This document shows positions 26,199-38,439 of a DNA stretch of 64,000 nucleotides, in pieces; the stretch's first letter is position 1, and the number at the start of each line of letters is the position of its first letter. The notes below the pieces were generated by a model. That model searched no databases. It had not been told where the DNA came from and saw only the letters and a list, made by a program, of their open reading frames with translations. This DNA is from Hypanus sabinus (lineage: Eukaryota). Position numbers and translations under genes: made by a program. The stretch covers positions 21,576,001-21,640,000 of the forward strand of contig NC_082713.1 of assembly GCF_030144855.1 (NCBI RefSeq), given 5' to 3'.

Positions 26199-26817
26199 AG
26201 GCTGATTTATACTTCTGCGTAGTAGCCTACGCCGTAGCCTTCGTAAGTGGCCTGCACCGTTGTGAGCATTTATACCTGTGCATTGGTGTGTATGCGTTGC
26301 TCTGCAATTCACCACCAAAACGCTAGTTGGCGGTGGCATTTTTATGCCCCTGTGTAGAGTTTCTTTGTATATTTCCAACAATGGCAACTGAGTGCATCAT
26401 GTTGGAGTTGGAGCTAATAAATGTTGAACAAGGGTTACTTTTATCGAAATTACTGCAACGCAGAAAAGAGAAGACGTCGGAGGAGATGGTGTGTACGGCC
26501 ATTGAATGGATTGAGGCAGAAGGAGGGTGAATTTTCTGTTCTGTTCTCTCTGGCCACCGAGAGACATGGACGAGGAGATGCATTTCAAATATTTCGGATG
26601 TTGGCAGGTAGATTTAACAATTTGGTTTCTTGTCTCCAACAATTTATTTCGCATCAGTGTACACACAGTATGCCTATAGACAGGAGAAAATGCGATACTA
26701 CCAAGCAGAGAGGTACGCGTCAGGCTACGGCATAGGGTAGGGCATAGGGTGCAGTGTAGGTTACGTGGCTATGCCATACCTATGGTGTTCATTTGATGCA
26801 GAAGTATAAATCAGCCT
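26199..26817 (+). mobile_element. PIF/Harbinger non-autonomous transposon (619 bp) with transposase N-terminal remnant
   Basis: Perfect 20-bp TIR AGGCTGATTTATACTTCTGC; TAA TSD on both sides; RRRWCVRPLN...GEFSVL and HFKYFRM...FNNLV remnants. Confidence 0.9.
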
Positions 26818-27689
26818 TAAGACCATAAAGTTCAAAGTACATTTATTAACAAAGTATGTATACATTATAAAACTTTCAGATTTGTCTCATAATAAACAGC
26901 CACAAAACAAAGAAACCCAAAATAATCCTTTAATAAAAGACGGTCAAACACTCAATGTACAGAGAGAAAAAAAGAAACAAATCATGCAAACAATAGATGC
27001 AAGCAAACAGTGCTCTGAACTGAAGGAGAGTCGGTTCACAGACCCTTCATTCAGTGCAGAGTGGAGCAGCAAGCCGAATTGGCCTGACCCTCATGCCAGA
27101 CCCCAACACCCTGACCTTTACAATCTGGCCCAGTGCCTCAATCATCGTCCAAGCATTCGGTTCAGTCGCTTTGGTACATTCTGGAGCCTGGAAGCCGTCG
27201 CTTCGACTTGGCCTGTACCTGACCTTTGTGATTCGGCACAGCATTTATATATCATTCCTATAGCTAATGGATGGCACGAGGGGTTGGTAGTTCTCACTGG
27301 GAAAGGCTACTGTGCTTCCTCCAACCATTTGGTTCCCAAACTTACAGGCACAACCTTAATCACTAGAGTTTACCAAAGTTATGCCTACTGATCACTTTGC
27401 ACTAAAATTTTGTTCCAATTCCATTCTCTTTTGTAGAAGATGTGTTTAATTTATATTTAATTCCTGTTTTTCTTTTGATCGCAGCTTACATGATGCTCTG
27501 TGCTTGTGATGCTGTTGCAAGTTAATTTTTCATCGCACCTCAGCATATCCGCACCATTCTGTGGTTTTGTGGTCTCTGTGTGTATTGCCAGGTCTAATGT
27601 TCGCACTGTGAGCCTTACGCGAGCAAGGAATTTCATTCCACCCTGGTTGTATTTGACAACAAACTGATCTGAATTTGAATACGCTCTCT

Positions 27690-28350
27690 CCCTATTACCC
27701 TCGATTCCCTCAGAGAGTAAAATATCCATCCATCTTTCTGGGGCAAGCAGTTCCACAGACTCACAACCTACGGAATGAGAGAAAAATCATCTTCATCTCA
27801 GCGTTAAATAGGCAGTAGATAATTCTGAGATTATGCTCCTTGATCCTAATTTCTCATTTTTCTACACCTTTCTGAGCACAGACCCAACCTGTCCAATATT
27901 TCACCTGAGACAATCCCTCCATACTTAGAATCATCCTAGTGAATCTTCAATGTGCTGAATTCATTAATAACACATCTTTAAAAAAAGATTACCAAAACAG
28001 ACTATATATAATCCTATCCATGTATATCATATTTAAGACTTCCTAATTATATTATCTAATCTGTTAGCAATAAAATATAGTTTTCCATTCACCTTCCTGT
28101 TTAGCTACTGTACCTGCATTCCCTTTTCCTGTGTCATGCACAAGGACTCTAAATTCCAATGGACTTCTGCTTTCTCCATTTCGATAATCATCTACCATTC
28201 TCCCAACCGAAGTGCACAACATATTTTATTTCCCACATTATACATAATTTGCCAATTATTTGCCTACTCACATAACCAATCAATATCTCTACATAAATTT
28301 TACATAATTTATTTTACTTTCTCCCATACACTTGTAAAGTTCTGGGACAT
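27690..28350 (-). mobile_element. Old CR1 remnant
   Basis: Degenerate reverse-complement CR1 3' ORF2/UTR. Confidence 0.55.
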
Positions 28351-28735
28351 TCTTCTAATATATACATCTTTTTTTATTAGAATGTGCCACACTGATTAAG
28401 CAAAAGACTAACAGCTTATCTTCTATATATTTTAAAACATTCTCCATTGCACTTGTAAAGTCAAGCCATGCCTTTATAAGATATGATCATAACCATCACA
28501 AACTCTGGTATACCAGACGAAGGCTACAGTTGTTTTTTTAATATACAGTATATTTCAAAAATATCTTTATTCACAATCAACACTTACACACAATGCTGAA
28601 GGAACTCAACAGGTCATGCAGCATTCAATGTGTGTTGATCAAGATTTCCAGCATCTGCAGAATCCCTTGTGTTTCTGTAAACGTTATTCATAGTGCTGTA
28701 TTTGCCACAAGTATAGCAAAATATACATTACTTGC

Positions 28736-28985
28736 ATCAAATCAAATCAGCAAGTATTGTGCTGAGACAGCCTACATGTGACTCCATGCTTCCAGTGGCA
28801 ATATAGCACTCCCATAACTCACTAATCGTAACAGTACGTCTTTAGATTGTGGGAGGAAATGAGAGCACCCAATGGAATCACACCCGGTCACGGGAAGAAT
28901 GTACAAACTCCTTAACGCAGCAGTGGGAAACAAACTCTGACTGGCGATCACTGGCATTGAAAAGTGTTCGTGTTAATCACTGGGA
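28736..28985 (-). mobile_element. V-SINE variant
   Basis: TACGTCTTTAGATTGTGGGAGGAAA...GTACAAACTCCTTA is a reverse-complemented V-domain. Confidence 0.65.
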
Positions 28986-29018
28986 TATATAAAATACATA
29001 TGCATATGGTGTATGATA

Positions 29019-29583
29019 CACTCAGTGGCCACCTTATGTACCTCCTGATCCTAATAAAGAGGGCACTGTGTGTATGTTCGTGGTCTTCTCCTGCTTTAGC
29101 CCATCCACATGAACGTTGGATGTGTTGTGTGTTCAGAGATGCTCTTCTGCACTCCACTGTTGTGATATGTGTTTTTTTTTGAGTTACTGTCACCTCCCTG
29201 TCAGCTTGAACTAGTCTGGCCATTCTCCTCTGATTTCTTCCATGAACAAGGTGCTCACAGAACTGCAGTTCTCTGGATGGTTTTTGTTTCTCACACCATT
29301 TTCTGTAAACTCTAGAGACAGTTGTGTGTGAACGTTCTAGGCAATCAGCAGTTCTTGAGTACTCAAACCACTCTGTCTGGCACCAGCAATCATTCCATGC
29401 ATGGTTAAAGTCACTTAGATCACATTTCTTCCCCATTCTGATGGTTGGTCTGACCAACAACTGAACCTCTTGACCATGTCTGCATGCTTTTATGCATCAA
29501 ATTGCTGCCACATGATTGGCTGGTTAGATATATACATTTTTGAGCAGGTTCACAGGTGTACTCAATAAAGTGGCCATTGAATG
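29019..29583 (-). mobile_element. Full-length non-autonomous Tc1 derivative (565 bp)
   Basis: TIRs CACTCAGTGGCCAC / GTGGCCATTGAATG with TA flanks; MGKKCDLSDF...SHTTVSRVYRKW...RRMARLVQADR; no DDE region. Confidence 0.9.
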
Positions 29584-31149
29584 TATATAATACACTATAC
29601 ATATGCTGTACAAAACTTTTATAACCATGTTCATTACAGTCAGTAGTGTTAAATTAGTCTTTGAAACCATAGCAGCATTGCCACTTTATGTGACCCTCTG
29701 GAGTGATTCACCCTTTCATTGCTTGAGGGGCTTCCCTATCTGACTCAGTCCCTCCAAGTCCTGTTGAAGAAGGACCCTAGACTATACTACGCCAGTGGCA
29801 ATGGTACTTGTAGAGGATTCTTGGGAGCTGCCTCATGGACCCTGAGAATCAACCCACAGAGAGCTCCATCTGCATCCAACATAGCTTAGTTCGGGTTAAT
29901 CCAATTGATCTCCTTAAGAAGTCAATGGTCATCATAATTCTTCTTTTCTTCCTTGTATGTAGATATTTGTACAGCAGGTGACATCTAATACTTGTGATTG
30001 TAGACCTTTCAAGCAAGGCCATGCAGACAGATTGTTTAAGACAAGAATCCATGCTACAAACCAGAACCTGATTGGTGTGGTCATAATCACAGCTGGATCT
30101 TTTTTCTAATTTTCCCCTTCATGTAGTAAGTGACTGTATCATTTCTGGCCCATTGTCAAGATGTTTAAAATGGACCATCTGTTTCAAGGCAGGGATAGTG
30201 TGAAATGATTTCTGCCAATTCTATCAGATGGATTTGAACTAATTCTTCTAAAGCAGTGCATTTGTAGCAGAAGATGCTTTCATTTTCTGACAAAGATGTT
30301 GAGTCCTTCAATGGCTGTTTCTTAATAGCTCACACTGAAAGAGATTACTCATCCATTACTGCTTCCCTGATGGAAATGGAAGAGGCATTATTGAAACCAC
30401 AGTTACAAAGCACATTCGAAGCAGCACATTTCCTGGCCTTCTTGGTATAAATGAATACAAAACCCTTGACAATTTCATGTTATTTTCCCATAGGACTAGG
30501 TAGATTTCAGTTTCTCACTAGATTTCAATATGGCTGCCTTCAGTAGTTTGTGAGGTTAGCTGTACCTGGCAGTGCTTGGGTTTAATGTGGCAATAGCTGC
30601 TTCTGCAGATATGGTAAAGTTTACCCTCACTCCTTTGCCATGGTAAGTAGCAACTGTTTTATTATTGTCACATGTATGTATGAGAGTCAATGAAGAGATT
30701 TGTTTTCATGCCATCCAGATAGATCATTCTATATATACTGTAAGTACGTCAAGATAGTACACTGGGAGGTGGGAATAAAACAGAGCATGCAATATACTGC
30801 TACGTTGACAGAGTAAATGCAGTGCAGCTAGACTTGTGAAGTGCAAGGGTCAGGATGAGGTACAACGAGGGATCAAGAGTTTATCGTTATTGTAGAAGAG
30901 GTCCATTCAAGAGTCTTATAGCAGCAGGATATAAGCTAACCTTGAGTCTGTAGCAGTATGCTGTCAAGTCTTTGCACAGCCTGCCGGATGGGAGTTCACA
31001 CAGTGCTGTGGTACTGGACCAGGAACTCAGAAGGCTGGACTGAAACTCCAGAGATCTGATTCAAATCCCACCGTGGCAGTTGTGGAATTTAAATTCAGTT
31101 CATAATCTGGAATAAAATAAAGTCAATTGATATTAATAGTCTATCATTG

Positions 31150-32215
31150 ATGCTGCCCTCACCCACTCTTACCTGTTCTTCCCATCACCACAAAGGATTG
31201 ATTCTCCCTTGTCTTAATTACTGTCCCACAACCCTCTGTATCCAGCACATCATTCTCTGTGATTTCAGCCATCGCCAGTGGGATCATACTACTAAACACA
31301 TCTTTCCCACCCCTCCCCACTACTTCCCACTTTCTGCAGGGACCAGATTCTCCATGACTCCCTTGTCCATGTCTCCCTCCTAGCACTTACCCTTGCAAGC
31401 AGAACAAGTGCTACACCTGCCCATTCACCTCCACTCTCACCACTGTTCAGGACTCCAAATAGTCCTTCCAGGTGAGGCAACACTTCACCTGCGACTCTGT
31501 TGGAGTCATCTGCTGTATCTGGTGCTCACAGTGTGGCCTTTTCTACATCAGCGAGAGCCAAGGTAGATTGGAAGACCGCTTGCTGAGCATATTTGCTCTG
31601 TCCGCCACAAAAGACGGGATTTCTTGGTGACCACCCATTTTGACTGTTCTTCCCTTTCCCATTCTGAAAGGTGGGTTCATGGCCTCCTTTACTGTCATGA
31701 TGAAACATCTCTCAGGATGGAGGAACAACACCTCATATTCTGCTTGGTTAGCTTCCAACCTGATGACATAAACATTGAATTTTCTATCTTCTGGAAATTC
31801 CTCTCTTTTCCATTCTCCATACTGGCTTACCTCTTGTCTCTTCTCTTTTCCTCACTCACATATCACCTCCATCTGGTGCCCCTCCTCCTTCCAATTCCCC
31901 CATAATCCACTCTCCTCTCCTATCAGATCTCCTCTCTTTCAGCCATTTATCTTTTCCTCCAGTCACCTCCCAGCTTCTTACTTCATCCCTCGCTTCCCCT
32001 ACCCACCCACCTTCCCCCTCACCTGGTCTCACCTATCACCTCCAGCTTGCGCTCCTTCCTCTCCACCCACCTTCAGACTGGACATTCCAGTCCTGATGAA
32101 GGCTATCAGCATAAAATGTTAACTACTTTTTCATTGATGTCTATTCTGGTGGGTGTCTCCACTATTTTGTCTGTGTTACTGTGGATTTAAGCATCTACAG
32201 AATCTACTGTGTTTA
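31150..32215 (+). mobile_element. Penelope-like element 3' fragment (GIY-YIG endonuclease and terminal repeat)
   Basis: CYTCPFT...FQVRQHFTC.SVGVICCIWCSQCGLFYISE...EEQHLIFCL...QPDDINIEF; pyrimidine-rich UTR; terminal CAGTCCTGATGAAGG motif. Confidence 0.85.
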
Positions 32216-33859
32216 TTACTGTCTCCAATTTCCATCCTTCCTCTCTTAAAGTAACTGATATCATAGAATTATTTAGTATCTTCCAGTGAGATAGTGGCCC
32301 GTTTGAGTGCAGCAAACAAAGGTGTAATCATTCCTCTTTAACGTCTATTTTACAAACATTAGATCCTGTGGGATCTTAAGAACATCAAGTGCTGCAGATC
32401 TACCCCACTAGCGAGTTCTATGATACTGGACTTGTTCTGGACTTGTTGCGTACCATGTTGCCACTTGCTACAGGAAAGTGTTGAAGGCAGTGTTGCGTCC
32501 AACAAGCAGTGTGAAAGATTGTCTCAGATGCTTTTATTAAGATCGCAGAACCCTGTTGGACTTTGGATGTGTTGAATACTGCAAATCCTGTTCATTAGTT
32601 CATTGATGAGACCAATGTTGGGGGACCTGAATGCCCTTGGCTGTTGCACTAACAAAGCCCTCATGCCACAAGGTTGCCTTTTTCAGCCGTCTGGGGGTGG
32701 GGACGCCAAAGCTGGTGATGCTCATTTGGGTTGGGGACCGGCCCCTCCTGTCAGTGCTGCCCTCCAGTGTTCGCTCAGTGAAAGGCAAGATGGATTGCCT
32801 TCATCTGCAGCTGTACTAGCACATGATGATCGGATTGCTGTGTATTTGGTCTTGCAGATCCCTTGCATCATCAGTTTACAAGCCATGACACACAAGAGTT
32901 AAGGCTATGTTATTTTTATTATGGCTGCGTGTTTTAATACCACCATAATTATATGTGCTCTATGTACCTTGTGCTGTGTGTGAGTGCTGGTATGGTGTTT
33001 TGCTCCTTGGCCCTGGATGAACACTGTTTTGATTGTCTGTATTCCTGTATGGTTGAATGACAATTAAACTTGAACTTGGTGAAGGCCATTTGAGACATCA
33101 GCAGGGCCTGGAATCATTGCTCAGATAATGTTGCGATAATTGAAACGCTGGATTTGGTATTTTTCCATTTTTTTTGGTTCTGTACTTGTCTTACAGCGCT
33201 AGGAGCATCTGAAGGTCCTATTCACAAATTTTAGAGATAGCATAAAAATGTGGGCAGTAGGAGAAAGGATTAACATCAATGAGGCAAACACAGAATGGCT
33301 GCAATCTACTCAAAGAAATAGATGTTTGGCCAGAAATACTCCTAAATGAATATATAAACTAGAACATTTTAGTAACTGCCTACTACTGCAGAAAAAATTG
33401 CAAAGGTAAATGACAAATTAATTTAATGCTTTTATAATTTCTAAGCTATTGATTTTCAGTATATATCTCAAAGCAATGGAAGTGCCTTCTTCATTACTAA
33501 CAACTCTCTCTAAAAGATCTCATAACTTGTTTTGGCTGAGGACTTGTAAAAAAAAGGTAAAAATCAATAGAAAATCATTGCAAACTAATCATCAGAATGA
33601 AGCAAGGAAGGGCAGAATACTGAGGTCATAAGCCCTGGAATTAAAACTCAATTCTATAAGCATGTAGGGCTTAAAAATAGAATGCCTCCCCAGCCATACT
33701 CACTGACCTCTTGACAGTGTCTATTGGATCTAAAACGAGAGGAGGCAAATTTCATTAGCAGGTCTAAATCCAGCTCTCACAGGTTGGTTGTATATGATTG
33801 TATTTGGTATATGTACTTTGATAATAACTTTACTTTGAACTTTGAAGTTTGGTTGCATT

Positions 33860-34252
33860 TGTTTAATGCCCATCATCCCATTTCCAGGATATCCTTGCAG
33901 GGATTCCTTGAGATGGTGTATTCGGCTACAGTGACTGTGGAGTGTACCACCTTCACAGTATTCTGCAATAACACGCTGGGGCTACTTCTACAGCAACCTC
34001 ATAAATCTGAGGCTTCCACCACCAAGAAGGTGTATGGGAACCACGTGCAGATGAACACTGTGGTAATTTGGAGAAATCTCTCTGGTCCTTCATCTTTAAA
34101 TCCTGCTTATGCAAGTACTTTAATCAGAAAGACCACATTAATTTAAGAAGGCAGCTCATCAGCACATTCTGAAGTGTAATTAGGAATGGACCTACAGGAT
34201 ATTAGCCTTGCCAATGGTGCCAATATCTTGAAAAATCAATGCATTAAAAAAA
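33860..34252 (+). mobile_element. Old LINE 3' end (L2/CR1-group)
   Basis: Tail TTAAGAAGGCAGCTCATCAGCAC...AATTAGGAATGG...GCCTTGCCA...A-rich. Confidence 0.5.
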
Positions 34253-34544
34253 GACTACAGGAAGTTGAACAAAAAAATCAGCAGACAAACAGATTTGGTG
34301 CATTGCTGGTTTTGGATTGTCATCAGTATCAAGGCTCATGTCCCTAACCTGATAATAGGTTAACATACACAAAGTGCTAGAGGCCCTCAGCAAGTAGGGA
34401 GCTTCTATGGAGAGGAATAAAGAGCCGTTGTTTTGTGCCATGACTCTTCTACAAAAAGATGAATCCATAGATATTGCCTGACCTGCTGAGTTTCTCCCAT
34501 ATTCCGCATGTTTTACTCTAGATTACCAGCATCTCTTATGTTTC

Positions 34545-35101
34545 CACTCACTGACCACTTTATTAGGTACATCTGTACACCTGCTCGTTAATGTAATATC
34601 TAATTGGCCAACCAATGGGCAGCAACTCAATGCGTAAAAACATAAATACACGGTCAAGAGGTTCTGTTGTTCAGACAAAATATCAGAATGGGGAAGAAAT
34701 GTGATCTGAGTGACTTTGACTGTGGAATGATTATGGGTGCCAGACAGGGTGGTTTGAGTATTTTAGAAAGTGCTGATGTCCTGGGATTTTCACATATTCG
34801 CTGGAGTTTACGAAGAATGGCATGAAAAAAAAACAACTCAAAATATCCTGTGAGTGGCAGCTCAGTGGGCAGAAACGCCTTGTTAATGAGAGAGGTCTGA
34901 GAAGAATGGTCAGACTGGAGACAGGAAGGTGACAATAACCATTCATTACAACAGTGGTGTGCAGAAGAGCAGCTCTGAATGCACAACACATTGAACTTTG
35001 AAGTCGATAGGCTACAGCAGCAGAAGATCATAAACATATACATGTATTCAGTGTCCACTTTATTAGGTACAGGAGATTCTTAATGAAATGGTCACTGAAT
35101 G
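34545..35101 (+). mobile_element. Non-autonomous Tc1 derivative (same family as 29019)
   Basis: Left TIR CACTCACTGACCACTTTATTAGGTACA; HTH-coding remnant; palindromic right end 35045-35101. Confidence 0.9.
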
Positions 35102-35607
35102 TATGTATAGTAGTGTACAAAAGCCTTAGGCACATACAATGTCTATAAAAAGTATTCACATCCCTTGGAAGCTTTTATGTTTTATTGTGTTACAACATTG
35201 AATCACAATGCTTTTAATTTGGCTTTCTTTGACACTGATCAACAGAAAAAATACTCTTTTGTGTCCAAATGGAAACAGATCTTTACAAAGTAATCTAAAT
35301 TAATTACAAATAGAAAACACAAAATAATTTGTTACAGAAGTATTCACGTCAGTATTTAGCAGATTGCTTTGGCAGCAATTACAGCCTTGAGTCTGTGGGG
35401 ATAGGTCTCCATCAGCTTTGCACATCTGGACACTGCAATTATCCCCCATTCTTCTTTACAAAACTGCTCAAACTCTGTTGGATTTAATGGGGATTGTGAA
35501 TGAACGGCCCTTTTCAACTCCAGCCACAAATTCTCAATTGGATTGAGGTCTGTACGCTGACTTGGCCACTTCAGGACACTAACTTTACAAACAAGAGGAA
35601 ATCTGTG

Positions 35608-35752
35608 NNNNNNNNNNNNNNNNNNNNNNNNNNNNNNNNNNNNNNNNNNNNNNNNNNNNNNNNNNNNNNNNNNNNNNNNNNNNNNNNNNNNNNNNNNNNN
35701 NNNNNNNNNNNNNNNNNNNNNNNNNNNNNNNNNNNNNNNNNNNNNNNNNNNN
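35608..35752. other. Assembly gap (145 N)
   Basis: Run of N. Confidence 1.
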
Positions 35753-36117
35753 CCAGGCAGCATCTATGAACAAAGTACAGTTGACGTTTCAGGCCAAGAC
35801 CCTTCAGCAGGACATTAACTTTGTTGTTTTTAAGCCATTCTTGTGTAGCTTTGGCTTTTTGCTTGGGGTCATTGTCTTGCTGGAAAACAAATCTTCTCCC
35901 AAGTCACAGTTCTCTTGCAGACATCATCATGTTTTCCTCCAGGGATTTCCCTGTATTTTGCTAAATTCATTTTACTCTTTACCTTCACATGCCTTCCAGG
36001 GCCTGCTGCAGTGGAGCATCCCCACAGCATAATGCAGACACCACCATGCTTCATTGTAGGGATGGTGTGTTTTTCTTGATGTGCCCTTCGTTATAGGGCC
36101 CCTGCCCTCTCCTCCTT

Positions 36118-36155
36118 CAGTCCTGATGAAGGGTCTTGGCCCGAAACGTTGACTG
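36118..36155 (+). ncRNA. Minimal type I hammerhead ribozyme motif in a Penelope terminal-repeat fragment
   Basis: CAGUC-CUGAUGA-A-GGGU(CUUG)GCCC-GAAA-CGUU-GACUG: helix I CAGUC/GACUG, complete core boxes, helix II, palindromic ACGU in place of helix III. Activity not shown. Confidence 0.65.
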
Positions 36156-38439
36156 CTCATTTCAACGGATGATGCCCGACCTGCTGAGTTCATCCAGCTT
36201 GTTTGTATGTGTTGAGTTTTGTTGTATGTGTGGTCTCTCCCATCTCAGCCATGGAAGCTTGTATCTCCTCCAAGTTGTCATAGGTCTCGTGGTAGCCTCC
36301 CTCACTAGTCCCCTTCTTGCGTAATCATTCAATTTTAGAGGGCAGCCTGCTCCAGTCAGATTTACAGTTGTACCATATTCCTTCCATTTCTTGATGATTG
36401 ACTTCACTGTACTCCAAGGGAAATTTTGTGACTTGTAAGTGTGCTTGATCCCTTGGAATCAATTGAAACACCTTGAATGAACACAGGTCTCCAATAACAG
36501 TTCTCAATTTAATTAATTATTTGACTTCTAAAACCAATTGGCCGCACCAGTGATAACTTGGTCTGTCTTATTAAAGAGGGGTGAATACTTATGCATGAAT
36601 TATTTTGTGTTTTATATTAGTAATTAGCTGAGATCACTTTATAGAGATCTGTTTTCACTTTGTCATGAAAGAGACTTTTACTATTGATCTGTGTTAAAAA
36701 AGCCAAATTAAAGCCATTGTGCAAACACGAGATGCTGAAAATTCACGCAACACACACAAAATGGCGATGGAACGTAGCAGGCCAGGCTGCATCTATAGGA
36801 AGAGGTACAGTCAACATTTCAGGCCGAGACCCTTTGTCAGGACTAACTGAAAGAAGAGAAATGTAGTAAAACAATAAACCATGAAAACTTCCCAGGGGTG
36901 TGAAAACTTTATAGGCACTGTATGTGCTTTTGACTTTTGCACAGTGCTGTACCTGATGCTAAATGCTCTCCATATGCAAGGCCATGCAATGAGCATTAGC
37001 ACGCAATGAAACCACGGAAGTCATCAGAGCCAATTTCAACATTCCTCTCATCCAATGTCCACATACAAGCACCTTTCGGTGATGATTACTGAATATTGTG
37101 CAGGAGCAGAAAACCTGACTGTTTTTTTTCTCACCTCTCAGACTCAGCGGTATTGGTTACCCTCCTTCACCCTGTCAATCCTGTCTTGGCTTGACAGGAA
37201 GACCGCAGCTGATAATTTTCATTCCTGTGTGAATCAGTAGCATTTTGCTCAGTTCAGCTGCTGACAAGCCAGCAGGGACCACATTGGTTTTTTTTTGCTT
37301 TTGCCATGTTTATCAACATAACCAATAACCAGTGGTTTTCATGGAAAGATGGAATGTGCGAAAAAATACCAAAATGCTAGATAAAGGCTTCGGAAAATCC
37401 CACATCATAAAATCGCACATGTGCATAATCAAATAAATAAATTGCTTAAATTAGCTTTTGTACAACATTTACATAGCAGTTGAAAGGAACTCATTGAAAG
37501 CACATGGAATTTTAATCACAGGTGCCAGAATTTTGTTTGATTGGTATGGCTTCTTGTGTGGTTGTGTATATTTTTATCAAGTCAAAATTGTGGTTTCCTG
37601 AAACTATTGACATTAATTTTATGTTGAGAACAGTTTAATTTGCAGTGTGTGTAAGATTGGCCCAAGATCACATCTATAATTTGTATTCCTGTGGCACTTT
37701 TAAGGAAATATTCCAATTCACTTCTTAAGTGATAGTTTGCATGGGCATAAGAGCTAGGGGAACAGTCCAGAGGGTAGATGCCAGAGAATGAAGGGTGATG
37801 TGAGGAGTTAAGCATGATTGAGAATTTTTAATTGGAGACCTTTGGAAAATTTGAAGTCAATGCACATCAGTAACTACAGGAATGATTTCGTGATTTTGAT
37901 CTTGTGAAGGATAAACTATTGGAGAACTCAGCAGCAAGCAGACGCTACTCAAAAAGTCAAATAGCATCTGCGAAGGCAAAGGAATCGCCATTTTGTTTGA
38001 TAGTCTGCATCTGGACTTTATGTTGTGTCTTGACCCAAAAGGTTGAGTGTCTCCCTGCTGCAAAGTTGCTGCTTGACCGACAGTTCCTCCAGCAGTTGTA
38101 TTTTTGGCTCCAAGTTACAGCATCTGGAGTCTGTTCTGTCTCTAAACTTAAAAACGCTTTAGGAGTTTAGTTTGAAAAGCATGAACATAGAAAATGCAAC
38201 ACAGTATTGTCGCTTCTGTTCACAATGCTGCTTTGACCTTTTAATCTACTCAAAGATCAATCTAACCCTTCTCTCTCATATGGCCCTCCATTTTTCAAAC
38301 ACTGATGTGTCTATTTAAGAGTCCCTTAGATGTCCCTAATGTATCTGCCTCTACCACCACCCCCAGTAGTGTGTATGTGTTCCTGTGAGTGTTGAGCATC
38401 TGTAGTGTTAAATCTGTGCATTAATAAGCTAATTGTTCC

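Larger units (their letters stand above)
35137..36920 (-). mobile_element. Tc1 transposon with ~200-bp TIRs and a degenerate transposase pseudogene
   Basis: TA-flanked TIRs; KSIIKKWKEYGT, KHGG..IMLWGC, QQDNDPK and WPSQRTDLNPIENLW; three Penelope-terminus inserts; sits in the central TA of a ~60-bp MITE (35108-36949). Confidence 0.9.

Noticed and set aside
26882-27391. 169-aa ORF
   Set aside because: Lies antisense in a LINE-tailed repeat; no recognisable domain.
29650-30650. Possible host exon or very old RTE endonuclease remnant
   Set aside because: Only a weak resemblance (SFSDKDVESF) with stops nearby; neither call is supportable.
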